The notes under the pieces were generated by a model. That model ran no database searches. It saw only the letters and a program-made list of their open reading frames with translations, and was not told the DNA's origin. A DNA stretch of 64,000 nt from Tubiluchus corallicola. Taxonomy: Eukaryota > Animalia > Priapulida. The DNA lies in the NCBI GenBank assembly GCA_030141605.1, contig JAQGDQ010002393.1, positions 62,001 to 126,000 on the forward strand. Direction: 5' to 3'. The translations under genes and the position numbers were made by a program. Of the stretch, positions 41,186-51,967 are shown one piece after another (position 1 is the first letter of the stretch; each line of letters starts with the position of its first letter).

Positions 41186-42439
41186 CTAAGGTGTTATTGG
41201 TTTGTTCATCATATTATAATTATTGTTCAATTGTGCAGCTGCATCTATGGTGAAAACTCCATTGGTTACAATTTCTTCTCCTATGGCAAGCCCACTATTT
41301 ATAATGTAAGAGTTGCCAAGTGTTTCGCCTAACTCTACTTCTCTTATTTCAAAAGTAGGCATTTTCTTATCAGGTATCTTTATATAGACTATTGAGCGTT
41401 TTCCTGTCCAAAGAAGAGCTGTTTTAGGGATAATAATGTATCTATCTTTGTGAGATAGATTTGAAGTTAATTTTCCATTAACAAACATTTCTGGCTTTAA
41501 TAAATTATTAGGATTGTGTATATCTATTCTTACTGATGTAGTTCTTTTTTGACTGTCAATAGTAGGGTCAATGAAACTTACTTTTCCCACAAATTTTTTG
41601 GAAGGTGCAGCACTTGCTGTAAATTCTATTTTGTCGCCTAATTTTATAAATGGTAGGTCTTTTTCATATGCGTCAAAAACTACCCACAGTTGCTCCAAAT
41701 TGGTAATATGAAAAAGTATATCCCCAACATTTACATAGTCGCCTACATTGACCATTTTATGAGTAACGACTCCTGATGCATCTGCCACTATCTCAAAGCT
41801 TTCTTGTATTTCTTTTGTTTGCATTATTGTATTGATTTGTGCTTCCGTTAGTTTCCATTGTTTGAGTTTGTTTATTACTGTTTGGAATATTTCGGGATAA
41901 GTATCTTTATTTTCTAAGGCTTCAATCAATTCTTGTTGTGCTACTATAAGATTAGGGCTATATATATAGGCAAGTTTTTGTCCTTGTTTTACTTTTTCTC
42001 CTTCAAAAGATATGAACAGTTTATCTATTCTCCCTGCAAAGTGTATGGCTTGAGTATATATCTGTCTTTCATCTACTTCTATTTTGCCTTGTAGGTATAT
42101 CTCTTTTTGGGCTTTGGAGTATTGTAGGGTAGTAGTTTGTATGTTGGCAAGTTGTATCGCTTCTTTATCTAACTCTATTTGAGAAGGGTTTTTCGTTCTT
42201 TTAGGAGTTTTTAAGGGTATTAAGTTCATTCCACATATGGGACACTTGCCCTTTTCTGGTAGTTTTATACTGGGGTGCATTGAGCAAGTCCACCATTGGG
42301 TGCTTTCTTCGTGTTGATGATGTGCAGGCGTAGTTGCGACCTGTTGCTTGCCTCCAAAGATAAACCACCCAAGAAAGATACCTACAATGAGGATTAGGAT
42401 GTAGGTAATTGCTTTGTTTTTTTTTATTATCTTTTTCAT
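41186..42439 (-). CDS. CusB-like RND periplasmic adaptor with heavy-metal binding domain
   Basis: WTCSMHP..PEKGKCPICGMNL, IYSP.L..AQQEL, LKPEMFV, SGL..GE.IV. Confidence 0.92.
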   Translation of the reverse strand: MKKIIKKNKAITYILILIVGIFLGWFIFGGKQQVATTPAHHQHEESTQWWTCSMHPSIKLPEKGKCPICGMNLIPLKTPKRTKNPSQIELDKEAIQLANIQTTTLQYSKAQKEIYLQGKIEVDERQIYTQAIHFAGRIDKLFISFEGEKVKQGQKLAYIYSPNLIVAQQELIEALENKDTYPEIFQTVINKLKQWKLTEAQINTIMQTKEIQESFEIVADASGVVTHKMVNVGDYVNVGDILFHITNLEQLWVVFDAYEKDLPFIKLGDKIEFTASAAPSKKFVGKVSFIDPTIDSQKRTTSVRIDIHNPNNLLKPEMFVNGKLTSNLSHKDRYIIIPKTALLWTGKRSIVYIKIPDKKMPTFEIREVELGETLGNSYIINSGLAIGEEIVTNGVFTIDAAAQLNNNYNMMNKPITP

Positions 42440-42490
42440 ATCTAAATGTATTTTATGTTTTATGTTCTTTGTGTTGCTACGTTATATTTT

Positions 42491-43705
42491 TTAGTTCTTG
42501 GTTAAGTAGTTCATATTTGCAATGGCTTTGTGGAGTTCTGTGGTGGCTTTACTTAAATCTATTTGATAAGTAAGCAATGTTTCGTACCATTTTATAAGGT
42601 TTTCTATGTCATTGTCTGATGCAAAGTATTCTACTTGCACAATACTCAAAGCTTGTTGGGTTTTGATTAGTAAGGTTTGATAAAGTTTTATATCGTTTTG
42701 TGCTGTGTTGTATTGCTCCTTAGCTATTTGATATTGTAGTAACAAATCGTTCTTTGTTTCTTGTGCTTTTATTATAGCTTTTTCTTTTTGCAATGTAGCT
42801 TGTTTTACTTTTGCTTTATTTTTTTTGAAATATATGGGTAGTGATATACTTACCATTGGCATTATTGCATTTTCGCCTCCTACATTTTCGTCCTTGCTAA
42901 TAAAAGCATAATCCAAGCCTATTCCCAGCATTGGTTTGTTGCTGCGATGTGTGGCTTTCAGTTTATGCTCCATTGCTTCTACTTGTTTTTTTGCACTGTT
43001 GAGTTCATTGTGCTGAGCAATAGTAGATAAAAAGATGGTATCACTTACTGCAGACAATGTATCTACTATATATATGGATGCTTTTTCATCTCTGTTGAGT
43101 GCAAGGTTGAATTTTGTAGTTGCCACTTGTTTTTGACTGTTGAGAGTTTTTATTTTATTTTTTAGTTTGTCGATTGCCATTTGCACTTCTAACACATCCA
43201 CAAGACTTGAATTGTTGTTTTGAAGTTTAGTAGTTATTTGGTTTTCCAATGTTTTAAGAAGGAGTGTTTGCTGTTTGATAAGGTCTATGTTCTTTTGTAT
43301 AAAGTATAACTCATACCAGTTGTTCTTTATTTCTCTAACAAGGTCTTTTTGTTCCGACAAGTACTTTTCATATAAGGCTTCTGTTTCTGCTTGGCTGTGT
43401 TTTTTGTGAGCTTTTAATGTGCCAAACCAGGGGATGGGCTGCATTGCCGATATTTTAGCGTCTTGCGAGCCTTGTTTTGTCTCTATGGGTGTAATGGCGT
43501 AGCCTACTGATAGTGTAGGCTCTGGCAAAGTCTTGGAAATTTGTATTTGCTCTTTGGCAGCTTCATAGGCTTTATGCTGTGCTTGTAGGTGTGGGTTGTT
43601 TTCTATGGCTATGTTTATGTAGTGTTGCAAACTGTCGTTATTAGTTTGTGCTAATAAGACGATGGATAAAAACCAAAGTAGTATTGTGAGTTTGTGTGTT
43701 TTCAT
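42491..43705 (-). CDS. TolC-family outer membrane efflux protein
   Basis: AIENNP, LPEP, Q.IPWFG, VSISLPI; lies between the RND permease and adaptor genes. Confidence 0.88.
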   Translation of the reverse strand: MKTHKLTILLWFLSIVLLAQTNNDSLQHYINIAIENNPHLQAQHKAYEAAKEQIQISKTLPEPTLSVGYAITPIETKQGSQDAKISAMQPIPWFGTLKAHKKHSQAETEALYEKYLSEQKDLVREIKNNWYELYFIQKNIDLIKQQTLLLKTLENQITTKLQNNNSSLVDVLEVQMAIDKLKNKIKTLNSQKQVATTKFNLALNRDEKASIYIVDTLSAVSDTIFLSTIAQHNELNSAKKQVEAMEHKLKATHRSNKPMLGIGLDYAFISKDENVGGENAIMPMVSISLPIYFKKNKAKVKQATLQKEKAIIKAQETKNDLLLQYQIAKEQYNTAQNDIKLYQTLLIKTQQALSIVQVEYFASDNDIENLIKWYETLLTYQIDLSKATTELHKAIANMNYLTKN

Positions 43706-43774
43706 CTTTTATTGTTTAATATTTCTTTTTCCTTTCGTTCGCTTCGGGCTTAATGCTTTTTTTATTAGGTGGTT

Positions 43775-46700
43775 TCATTTCTTTTTCATTTTATATTCTT
43801 GCCATTGGCAGTAGAGTAGGGGTATTACAAATAATGTGATAATCTCAAATATCATTCCACCAAAAATAGGTATTGCCATAGGTATCATTATGTCTGCTCC
43901 TCGCCCTGTGGAAGTAAGAATAGGAAGCAATGCCAGTAATGTGGTGGCTGTGGTCATTAGGCAGGGACGTATTCTTTTGTTTCCTGCTTCTATTACTGAT
44001 GTATGTATTTCTTGGATTGTCTGAGGTTTGTTTTTTTCAAAGGTTTGGTCTAAATAGGTTGTCATTATCACTCCATCATCAGTAGCTATTCCAAAAAGAG
44101 CAATAAATCCTACCCACACTGCTACACTCAAATATATTTCCTTTATTTGTAATAACTCTCGGAAGTTGATACCGAAGATGGAAAAATTCAAAAAATAAGG
44201 TTGTCCATAGAGCCATATCAAAATGAAACCACCTGCAAAGGCAACTAAAATACCACTAAATACCATTAAGGTAGTAGGTATTTTTTTGAATTGTAGGTAG
44301 AGTATTAGAAAAATGATAATAAAAACCACAGGAATAACAAGTGATAGGCGTTTGTTAGCTCTTATTTGGTTTTCGTAGTTACCCGTAAATTGATAAGATA
44401 TCCCATTAGGAACTTCAAGCTGGTTGTTGTTTATTTGAGTTTGTAGATAGGATTGTGCATTATTCACCACATTTACCTCAGAGTATCCTTGTTCTTTATC
44501 AAATATAACATACCCTACCAAGAAAGTATTCTCACTCTTGATACTTTGAGCTCCTTGTTTATATTTTATGCTTGCCAGTTCATTCAGCGGTACAGATATC
44601 CCCACATTAGTAGGTATTAATATTTTTTCAAGCATTTCGGGAGTATCTCTAAACTCACGGGCGTAACGCACACGTATAGGGTAGCGCTCTCTTCCCTCTA
44701 CTGTACTACCCAGTTTGATACCGCCTACTGCAATAGATATATGATGTTGAAGGTCATTGACATTCAAGCCATATCTGGCAATAGATGCTCTGTTGAGATG
44801 TATTTCTATATAAGGTTTTCCCACTATCCTATCAGCAAATACAGAGGCTTTTTTTACACCTTTTACATTTCTTAGTTGTTGTTCTAATTCTAAACCGAAC
44901 TGCTCCATCTTTTTGAGGTCATCACCCAATATCTTTATACCCATAGATGCCCTCATTCCTGTTTGCAACATTACAAGGCGAGTTTCTATTGGTTGTAGTT
45001 TTGGGGCAGATGTAACGCCTGTTATTTGCGTGCTGTTTTGTATTTCTTTCCAGATATCATCAGACGATTTTATATGTTTTCTCCACTGTCGGTAAAATTT
45101 TCCTTTAGGGTCTTCTACAAGCTCACCATTAGCATCTTTTACATAATTTCCCTGCTCATTTACGGCAAATCTCAATCTTTTGCCTCTATCATCAGTAATG
45201 TATTCTGTTTTGTAGTTGATAACATTTTCATACATTGAAATAGGTGCAGGGTCTAATGAGGAGTTCACTCTACCCAGTTTTCCTACCACACTTTCTATTT
45301 CAGGTATGGAAGCCACTGCTATATCTAGTTGTTTTAATACTCTTTTGTTCTCCTCTATCCCTGCATTGGGCATTGAGGTAGGCATCAAAAGAAATGACCC
45401 TTCATCTAAGGCAGGCATAAACTCTTTGCCTACTCCTGCAAAATTTTGCTCTAAATACTGCCAAGTAGTTGTGTTGCGAATGTTTAACCCTGCGAGGTCA
45501 AATGTGCGAGGAATGAAACCAAATACATTGTTCCACCCCAACCATACTGTTAATCCCCCAATAATGATAAATGTAGGGACACTCAAAGCAATTTTTTTGT
45601 TGATTAAAACATATTGTAAAATAAGTTTATAATACTTGATGAACAGTAAAAATGAACCAAGTAGCAAGACAATGTTGATACAGACAAATACATAGTTGGA
45701 AAATATAGTTTTAGAGGCTCCCAGAGGCAACCATTCTCTTGCCAATAAATAAGTTATTGCAAGAGCAACAAGGCCAATGTTGGTTATTTTATGATAAGGT
45801 TTGAATAGGGAATAATACTGTCCTGCTATGTTAGCAACACCAAGAATAAGTGCCAACACGCCAAGAGCAATGCTATAATTAATACTGATGTATAAGCTAA
45901 GAGGTATAAGAAAAATATTAAGCAATATTTTTATTTTTCTTCTTTTCACTTTCCATTTGAATAGGAAGTAAGCAAGTGTGGGCAATATGGTTATAGCTAT
46001 AAGCAAGGTTGCTAGTAATACGTAGGTTTTAGTAAAGGCTAGGGGACGAAATAATTTGCCTTCGGCGGCTTGCATTGTGAAAACAGGTATAAAGCTGACA
46101 ATGGTAGTGAGTGTTGCAGTAACAACGGCTGGAGTTACCTCAGTAATAGCTTTGTATATGGTGTGGAGTAGGGTAGGAGTTTTGTTTTCTTTGATGTGTC
46201 TTATGATGTTTTCGGAGATAACTATACCTATATCTACCAGAGTGCCTATAGCTATGGCTATACCTGACAAAGCTACTATGTTAGCATCTACCTGTGTGTG
46301 TTTCATAACAATGAAACAGCTCAGCACGGCAATGGGTATGAGTGAGGAAATTAGTAGACTTGCTTGTAGGTTCATCACCATAATGATAATGACAATAGCA
46401 GTAATAATCATTTCAAGTGTAAGAGCTTCTTCTAATGTTCCAAGGGTTTCATTGATAAGTACCGTTCTGTCGTAAAAAGGAACAATGTTTACTTTTGATA
46501 TTCTACCATCGGGCAACTGTTTGGAAGGTAAACTTTGAGCAATTTCTTTTATTTTGTTCTTTACGTTGCTGACAACCTGCAAGGGATTGGCTCCGTAACG
46601 AGCCACTACTACTCCGCCTACTACTTCTGCTCCTGCTTTGTCTAATACTCCTCTCCGTTCGGCAGGTCCATAGTTTACCATAGCCACATCCTTTACACGT

Positions 46701-47521
46701 ATAGGGGTTTTATTTCTTACTGCTACTACTGCTTGCTCTATATCTTCCAGTTGTTTTACATAGCCGATACCTCTTACAAAATACTCTACTTGGTTGATTT
46801 CTATGGTTCTAGCTCCTATGTCCGAATTAGAATTTTTTACGGCATTGGCTATTTGCATAATATCTACTTTGTGGGCTTGCATAGCATTAGGGTCTACATC
46901 TATTTGATATTCTTTGACAAAACCCCCGATAGATGCTACTTCGGATACGCCTTGTGCAGAAGATAGTGCATAGCGGACTTGAAAATCTTGTATTGTTCGT
47001 AATTCGTGTAGGTCCCATCCTCCCGTAACATTACCTTGTGTGTCTTCACCTTCAAGTGTATACCAAAATATCTGTCCAAGAGCAGTGGCGTCAGGGCCTA
47101 AAGCAGGCTGTGTACCGTCTGGTAGAAGGTTGGCAGGTAGTGAATTTAGTTTCTCTAATATACGGGAACGACTCTGGTAAAAGTCCATATCATCTTCAAA
47201 TATGATATAGATACTAGAAAAACCAAACATAGAGTTGCTACGTATGGTTTTCACACCGGGTATTCCAAGCAGTGAGGTAGATAGTGGATAACTTATTTGG
47301 TCTTCTATGTCCTGTGGTGAACGTCCGTCCCATTGAGTAAAAACTATTTGCTGGTTTTCACCTATATCAGGTATGGCATCTACAGGTACAGGAGATTGTG
47401 GCAATCCTGCTACTTCCCACCTAAATGGAGAGGTAATAATGCCCCAAATGATAAGTGTAGATAATAGGACGACTGTAATAAGCCTGTTTTCTAAAAAGAA
47501 TTTAATAATGTTATTTATCAT
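43775..47521 (-). CDS. cusA: CusA/CzcA-family heavy-metal RND permease (Cu/Ag type)
   Basis: PVDAIPDIGENQ, LGPDATALG, LSGIAIAIG, EGKLFRPLAFTKT, GFIALFGIA, RIRPCLMT. Confidence 0.9.
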   Translation of the reverse strand: MINNIIKFFLENRLITVVLLSTLIIWGIITSPFRWEVAGLPQSPVPVDAIPDIGENQQIVFTQWDGRSPQDIEDQISYPLSTSLLGIPGVKTIRSNSMFGFSSIYIIFEDDMDFYQSRSRILEKLNSLPANLLPDGTQPALGPDATALGQIFWYTLEGEDTQGNVTGGWDLHELRTIQDFQVRYALSSAQGVSEVASIGGFVKEYQIDVDPNAMQAHKVDIMQIANAVKNSNSDIGARTIEINQVEYFVRGIGYVKQLEDIEQAVVAVRNKTPIRVKDVAMVNYGPAERRGVLDKAGAEVVGGVVVARYGANPLQVVSNVKNKIKEIAQSLPSKQLPDGRISKVNIVPFYDRTVLINETLGTLEEALTLEMIITAIVIIIMVMNLQASLLISSLIPIAVLSCFIVMKHTQVDANIVALSGIAIAIGTLVDIGIVISENIIRHIKENKTPTLLHTIYKAITEVTPAVVTATLTTIVSFIPVFTMQAAEGKLFRPLAFTKTYVLLATLLIAITILPTLAYFLFKWKVKRRKIKILLNIFLIPLSLYISINYSIALGVLALILGVANIAGQYYSLFKPYHKITNIGLVALAITYLLAREWLPLGASKTIFSNYVFVCINIVLLLGSFLLFIKYYKLILQYVLINKKIALSVPTFIIIGGLTVWLGWNNVFGFIPRTFDLAGLNIRNTTTWQYLEQNFAGVGKEFMPALDEGSFLLMPTSMPNAGIEENKRVLKQLDIAVASIPEIESVVGKLGRVNSSLDPAPISMYENVINYKTEYITDDRGKRLRFAVNEQGNYVKDANGELVEDPKGKFYRQWRKHIKSSDDIWKEIQNSTQITGVTSAPKLQPIETRLVMLQTGMRASMGIKILGDDLKKMEQFGLELEQQLRNVKGVKKASVFADRIVGKPYIEIHLNRASIARYGLNVNDLQHHISIAVGGIKLGSTVEGRERYPIRVRYAREFRDTPEMLEKILIPTNVGISVPLNELASIKYKQGAQSIKSENTFLVGYVIFDKEQGYSEVNVVNNAQSYLQTQINNNQLEVPNGISYQFTGNYENQIRANKRLSLVIPVVFIIIFLILYLQFKKIPTTLMVFSGILVAFAGGFILIWLYGQPYFLNFSIFGINFRELLQIKEIYLSVAVWVGFIALFGIATDDGVIMTTYLDQTFEKNKPQTIQEIHTSVIEAGNKRIRPCLMTTATTLLALLPILTSTGRGADIMIPMAIPIFGGMIFEIITLFVIPLLYCQWQEYKMKKK

Positions 47522-47641
47522 TTCTTTTTCTTTAAAATATGGTAATAATCAGTTTTTTAACCTGTAATTGATGCTACATTGGCTAAATATAACTACTTGA
47601 TTAAGAATAAAGAACCTTTATATTAAAAAAGAAAAAGAATA

Positions 47642-48004
47642 TTAACAGCGAAAATTTTGCAAAAGAATGGAAAGTTTCGGAGGGGAGTGATAGTAATTAG
47701 TAAAACTGTATTGAGTACTAATAATGTTTTGCTTTTTAGATAAGAGATAATTAGAGTAGGGTGGAAGTGAAAGAGAAGTAATATTAATGTGAGAGTAATT
47801 GGTAGCAAGAAAATCATCTGCTAATTTTAGCTCTATGTTTTTGTTATCGCAGCATTTACAAGATGATTCGCAGCAGGATTTTGCTTCTCCTATTATTGAA
47901 ATAGAGTAAAGTTCTCCTTTAGAATAATGTGCATTAACATTAATTCCCGCATAGGAAATTAATAAAAAAAATGCTATGATTATATATGTAATCTTTTTAA
48001 ACAT
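47642..48004 (-). CDS. HYC_CC_PP-like small Cys-rich protein
   Basis: Signal/TM helix, AHYSKG, SCC, KCCDN, HSPP, C-terminal FRC; immediately upstream of cusA. Confidence 0.75.
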   Translation of the reverse strand: MFKKITYIIIAFFLLISYAGINVNAHYSKGELYSISIIGEAKSCCESSCKCCDNKNIELKLADDFLATNYSHINITSLSLPPYSNYLLSKKQNIISTQYSFTNYYHSPPKLSILLQNFRC

Positions 48005-48033
48005 TTATTCTTAAATAAAGTTACCCCTTAATA

Positions 48034-48064
48034 CAAATATAGCATTATTTTTCTTAAAAGCAAA
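48034..48064 (-). promoter_or_regulatory. Bacteroidota sigma-A promoter of the metal efflux operon
   Basis: Minus strand TTTG (48061-64), 19-bp spacer, TATATTTG (48034-41). Confidence 0.65.
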
Positions 48065-48167
48065 GATTATACAAAGATCATTTGAAAAAATAATCAGAAC
48101 TATTAAAAGATTAATAGCAAATTATATACGGGTGTATGTTTCTTATTATAATTTGAATAGGGCATTT

Positions 48168-49115
48168 TTACTTTATACGCAACATTCTTTCTATTGGTTT
48201 GTAGGCTTTTTTAGCAATAGCTTCAGTTACTTTTATTTCATTTTCTTTTTCTAATAGGGTAGTATATAGGCTTTCTAAGTTTATCATTTTCATATACTTA
48301 CACACGGCTTCCTGATAAGCAGGATAGAATTTTTTTTTGGGATTATCTTTTCTCAGCCTGTGCAGTATGCCTGTTTCTGTAGCTATTACAAATTCTTTAG
48401 AGGTTGATTGTCTTGCGTATTTCATCATCCCTTCTGTAGAACATATTTTTACCATACGTCTTTTTTCAGGGGGCATATTAATTGTTTTAGCAAGGCAAGA
48501 AGTAGAACAACCACATTCAGGGTGTATCAAAAATTCTGCATCAACAAGTTTTTCTTGCATTTTGCTTATTTGTGTATCATCTATCTCGTCGTGAACATGA
48601 CATGCTCCATTCCATATCTTCATAGTTCTACCTGTCATTTTTTTCACATATTGTCCAAGGTGTTTATCAGGTAAAAACAATATCATTTTATTTTTAGGAA
48701 TAGCGTTAACTACTTTTACTGCATTAGAAGATGTACAACAATAGTCTGTTTCTGCCTTAACTTCTGCAGAAGTATTGATATAAGATACGACTACAGCACC
48801 GGGGTGCTTTGCTTTCCATTTTTTTAATTGGTCAGCGGTAATAGTTTCTGCCAAGGAGCATCCTGCATTTAGGTTGGGCAGTAATACTTTTTTATTGGGT
48901 GAGATGATAGAGGCTGTTTCTGCCATAAAGTGTACTCCGCAAAATACAATTATGTCTGCTTTAGAGTCTGCTGCTTGTTGAGATAAGCCTAATGAGTCTC
49001 CTGTAAAATCAGCTATATCTTGTATTTCTGGCAACTGGTAATTGTGTGCTAATATAATAGCATTTTTCTGCTTCTTTAAGGCTTTTATCTCCGTAATCAA
49101 ATCTTCTTGTTTCAT
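48168..49115 (-). CDS. nadA: quinolinate synthase
   Basis: ILAHNYQ, GDSLGL, FCGVHFMAE, AGCSLA, YINTSA, CHVH, HPEC. Confidence 0.96.
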   Translation of the reverse strand: MKQEDLITEIKALKKQKNAIILAHNYQLPEIQDIADFTGDSLGLSQQAADSKADIIVFCGVHFMAETASIISPNKKVLLPNLNAGCSLAETITADQLKKWKAKHPGAVVVSYINTSAEVKAETDYCCTSSNAVKVVNAIPKNKMILFLPDKHLGQYVKKMTGRTMKIWNGACHVHDEIDDTQISKMQEKLVDAEFLIHPECGCSTSCLAKTINMPPEKRRMVKICSTEGMMKYARQSTSKEFVIATETGILHRLRKDNPKKKFYPAYQEAVCKYMKMINLESLYTTLLEKENEIKVTEAIAKKAYKPIERMLRIK

Positions 49116-49151
49116 TCAAATAGAAGTTTTTTTATACGTGTTTTTTCACAA

Positions 49152-50744
49152 TTAATCGTCGTTCATTGAAATAAGGAACTCTTCATTAGTTTGTGTATTT
49201 TTCATACGTTCTTTTAAGAATTCCATCGCTTCAGTAGCATTCATATCTGCAAGGTAGTTTCTAAGTATCCAAATACGGTTAAGTGCATCTTTGTTGAGTA
49301 ATAAATCTTCCCTTCGTGTGCTGGATAATGTAATATCTACCGCAGGATATATTCTTCTATTAGATAATTTTCTATCTAATTGCAATTCCATATTACCTGT
49401 ACCTTTAAACTCTTCAAATATAACTTCATCCATTTTAGAGCCTGTTTCTGTAAGAGCTGTGGCAAGTATAGTAAGTGAGCCACCATTCTCTATATTTCTT
49501 GCGGCTCCAAAGAAGCGTTTAGGTTTATGAAGAGCATTGGCATCTACCCCTCCTGACAATATTTTACCTGATGCAGGCGATACTGTATTATAGGCTCTTG
49601 CAAGGCGAGTGATGGAGTCTAATAATATTACTACATCGTGTCCGCATTCTACCATTCTTTTGGCTTTTTCTATTACCATATTAGCGACTTTCACGTGTTT
49701 CTCAGCAGGTTCATCAAAAGTAGATGATATAACTTCTGCATCTACGTTGCGAGCCATATCTGTAACTTCTTCAGGTCTTTCATCTATAAGTAATATAATA
49801 AGATAAACTTCAGGGTGGTTTTCTGCTATGGCGTTTGCAACTTCTTTTAGCAATACTGTTTTACCTGTTTTAGGCTGTGCTACTATCAATCCTCTTTGTC
49901 CTTTCCCAATAGGTGCGAAGAGATCTATAATTCGAGGAGACATTCTTTGTTTTACAGAATTGGGATTGACGATAGTAAATTTTTCTTCGGGAAAGAGGGG
50001 TACCAAGTAATCAAATGCCACTCTATCTTTCATTTCCTCTGCTTTTCTTCCATTGGCTTCCAAAACTTTGGTAAGTGGGAAGTATTTCTCTCCTTCTTTG
50101 GGGGGGCGAACTTCTCCAAGTATTACATCACCTGTTTTTAAGCCAAAGTATTTTATTTGAGATTGAGAAACATAAATATCATCAGGTGAATTAAGATAAT
50201 TATAGTATGCAGATCTAAGAAAACCATAGCCTTCAGGTAGTACTTCAAGGACTCCTTCTCCTGTTATAATTCCGTCAAACTCGGTAGGCTCTAAGTTTTC
50301 CTTTTGCTTATTTTGTTTGTAGTGCTGTTTTCCTTGTTGTCCTTTGTGTTGTTGTTTATTACTGTCACCACTATTGGTATTGATACGTTGTTTATTCATA
50401 TCATGTTTTTTTGGTTGATAAGTAGTAGGTTTTGGATTTGGTTTTTTATCTTCTTTCTTGATAGGTTGTTTATATGTTTCTTTTTGCTTAGGAGTTTCAG
50501 TTTTTGATATTTCTTTTACGGTTTCTCTTTTCTCTTTTACGGTTTCTCTTTTCTCTTTTACAGCTTCTCTTTTCTCTTTTACTGGCTTTGATTTTATGCT
50601 GGCTGCTGTAATTGCTTGTTTATCTAATATTTTATAAATAAGTTCTTGTCTTTTGTCGTTTTCTATTCTTTTTAGTCCAATTTCCTTAGCTATTTTTCTA
50701 AGCTCAGTAACGACCTTTTTTTCTAATTCTAGGATGTTATACAT
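49152..50744 (-). CDS. rho: transcription termination factor Rho with N-terminal low-complexity insertion
   Basis: [59 protein letters not shown]. Confidence 0.98.
   Translation of the reverse strand: MYNILELEKKVVTELRKIAKEIGLKRIENDKRQELIYKILDKQAITAASIKSKPVKEKREAVKEKRETVKEKRETVKEISKTETPKQKETYKQPIKKEDKKPNPKPTTYQPKKHDMNKQRINTNSGDSNKQQHKGQQGKQHYKQNKQKENLEPTEFDGIITGEGVLEVLPEGYGFLRSAYYNYLNSPDDIYVSQSQIKYFGLKTGDVILGEVRPPKEGEKYFPLTKVLEANGRKAEEMKDRVAFDYLVPLFPEEKFTIVNPNSVKQRMSPRIIDLFAPIGKGQRGLIVAQPKTGKTVLLKEVANAIAENHPEVYLIILLIDERPEEVTDMARNVDAEVISSTFDEPAEKHVKVANMVIEKAKRMVECGHDVVILLDSITRLARAYNTVSPASGKILSGGVDANALHKPKRFFGAARNIENGGSLTILATALTETGSKMDEVIFEEFKGTGNMELQLDRKLSNRRIYPAVDITLSSTRREDLLLNKDALNRIWILRNYLADMNATEAMEFLKERMKNTQTNEEFLISMNDD
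50512..50582. repeat. 21-bp coding tandem repeat (~3.4 copies) in rho
   Basis: TCTTTTACGGTTTCTCTTTTC x2, TCTTTTACAGCTTCTCTTTTC, TCTTTTAC; encodes VKEKRE[A/T]. Confidence 0.95.
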
Positions 50745-51029
50745 AATTTAAAATAAGTTTTATAGTTTAAACAATTGTTATTGTCGTTAATATATATATA
50801 AATAATAAAAGCGAGATAATTTGTATATATAGTGGAATAATTAAATTTTTAAGAAATGAAAGAAGTATTTCAGGCAATAAAAGAAAGAAATAATAAGTTA
50901 TATTAATAAAAGTAGTAAACAAAAATCAAATTTAATTTTGGATAAAAAATTTAAATAGATACGCAAAGAAAAAACTAAAAAACCAAAAAACCAAAAATAT
51001 TTTAAGATTATTTATTTTAAAAATAATTT

Positions 51030-51878
51030 TTGATGCGACAGTTGAGGATTTCCAAACAGATAACAAGTAGAGAGTTCCTTTCTTTAGACAAGTACTTGAA
51101 CGATATAAATAAGATTGATTTAATTACCAGCGAAGAAGAAGTTACTTTGACTAGGAAGATAAAGAAAGGTGATAAGGCAGCCTTAAACAAGCTAGTTCGC
51201 TCTAATTTACGTTTTGTAATATCTGTTGCAAAACAATACCAGAATCAGGGTCTAGGCCTAGAAGACTTAATTAATGAGGGCAATATAGGTTTGATAAAAG
51301 CAGCTTCTCGTTTTGATGAAACGAAAGGATTTAAGTTTATTTCTTATGCTGTATGGTGGATACGTCAGTCTATTTTACAGGCATTGGCAGAAAAATCAAG
51401 AATGGTAAGGTTGCCTTTAAATAAGTTAGGCAACATTAGTAAGGTTAGCAAAGCATATGCAGAGTTGGAACAAGAATTGAAAAGAAAGCCTACAAATGAG
51501 GAAATAGCAAAACATTTAAATTTAAAATTAAAAGAAGTAAAAGAAGCTTTGACTATAGATAAAGATAGTATATCTATGGATGCTCCTTTAAAAGCTGGTG
51601 AAGAAGAGTATAATTTACACGATATGCTATTAAGCAATTATGCATATAATCCTGAAAAAGAAATGGAAAAAACATCTATGAAAAATGAAGTAAATAACTT
51701 ATTATCTCATTTATCAGAACGTGATGTTAATATTTTAAAAAGCTATTATGGATTGGAAGAATCTCCCCCTCTTTCTTTAGATGAAGTAGGACGAAAATTT
51801 GGACTAACGCGAGAAAGAGTAAGACAAATAAAAGAAATAGCTTTAAAAAAACTAAAAAAATATATGAAAAGAAATTGA
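51030..51878 (+). CDS. RpoD/SigA-family sigma70 factor of the Bacteroidota type lacking region 1.1 (likely start ATG 51033)
   Basis: MRQLRISKQIT, NLRFVISVAKQYQNQG, DLINEGN.GL, GFKFISYAVWWIRQ, LTRERVRQI. Confidence 0.93.
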   Translation: MMRQLRISKQITSREFLSLDKYLNDINKIDLITSEEEVTLTRKIKKGDKAALNKLVRSNLRFVISVAKQYQNQGLGLEDLINEGNIGLIKAASRFDETKGFKFISYAVWWIRQSILQALAEKSRMVRLPLNKLGNISKVSKAYAELEQELKRKPTNEEIAKHLNLKLKEVKEALTIDKDSISMDAPLKAGEEEYNLHDMLLSNYAYNPEKEMEKTSMKNEVNNLLSHLSERDVNILKSYYGLEESPPLSLDEVGRKFGLTRERVRQIKEIALKKLKKYMKRN

Positions 51879-51967
51879 AAAGTTCTTTTTTATGATCCTT
51901 CTTTCCGAATATTTATGTTATTTTTGCTATATTCTTTCTTTCACATTGTATAATAATTGTATCAAAA

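Noticed and set aside
50960-51000. AAAAAACC-type short repeats upstream of the sigma gene
   Set aside because: Low-complexity A-rich sequence with no spacer structure; not a CRISPR or iteron array
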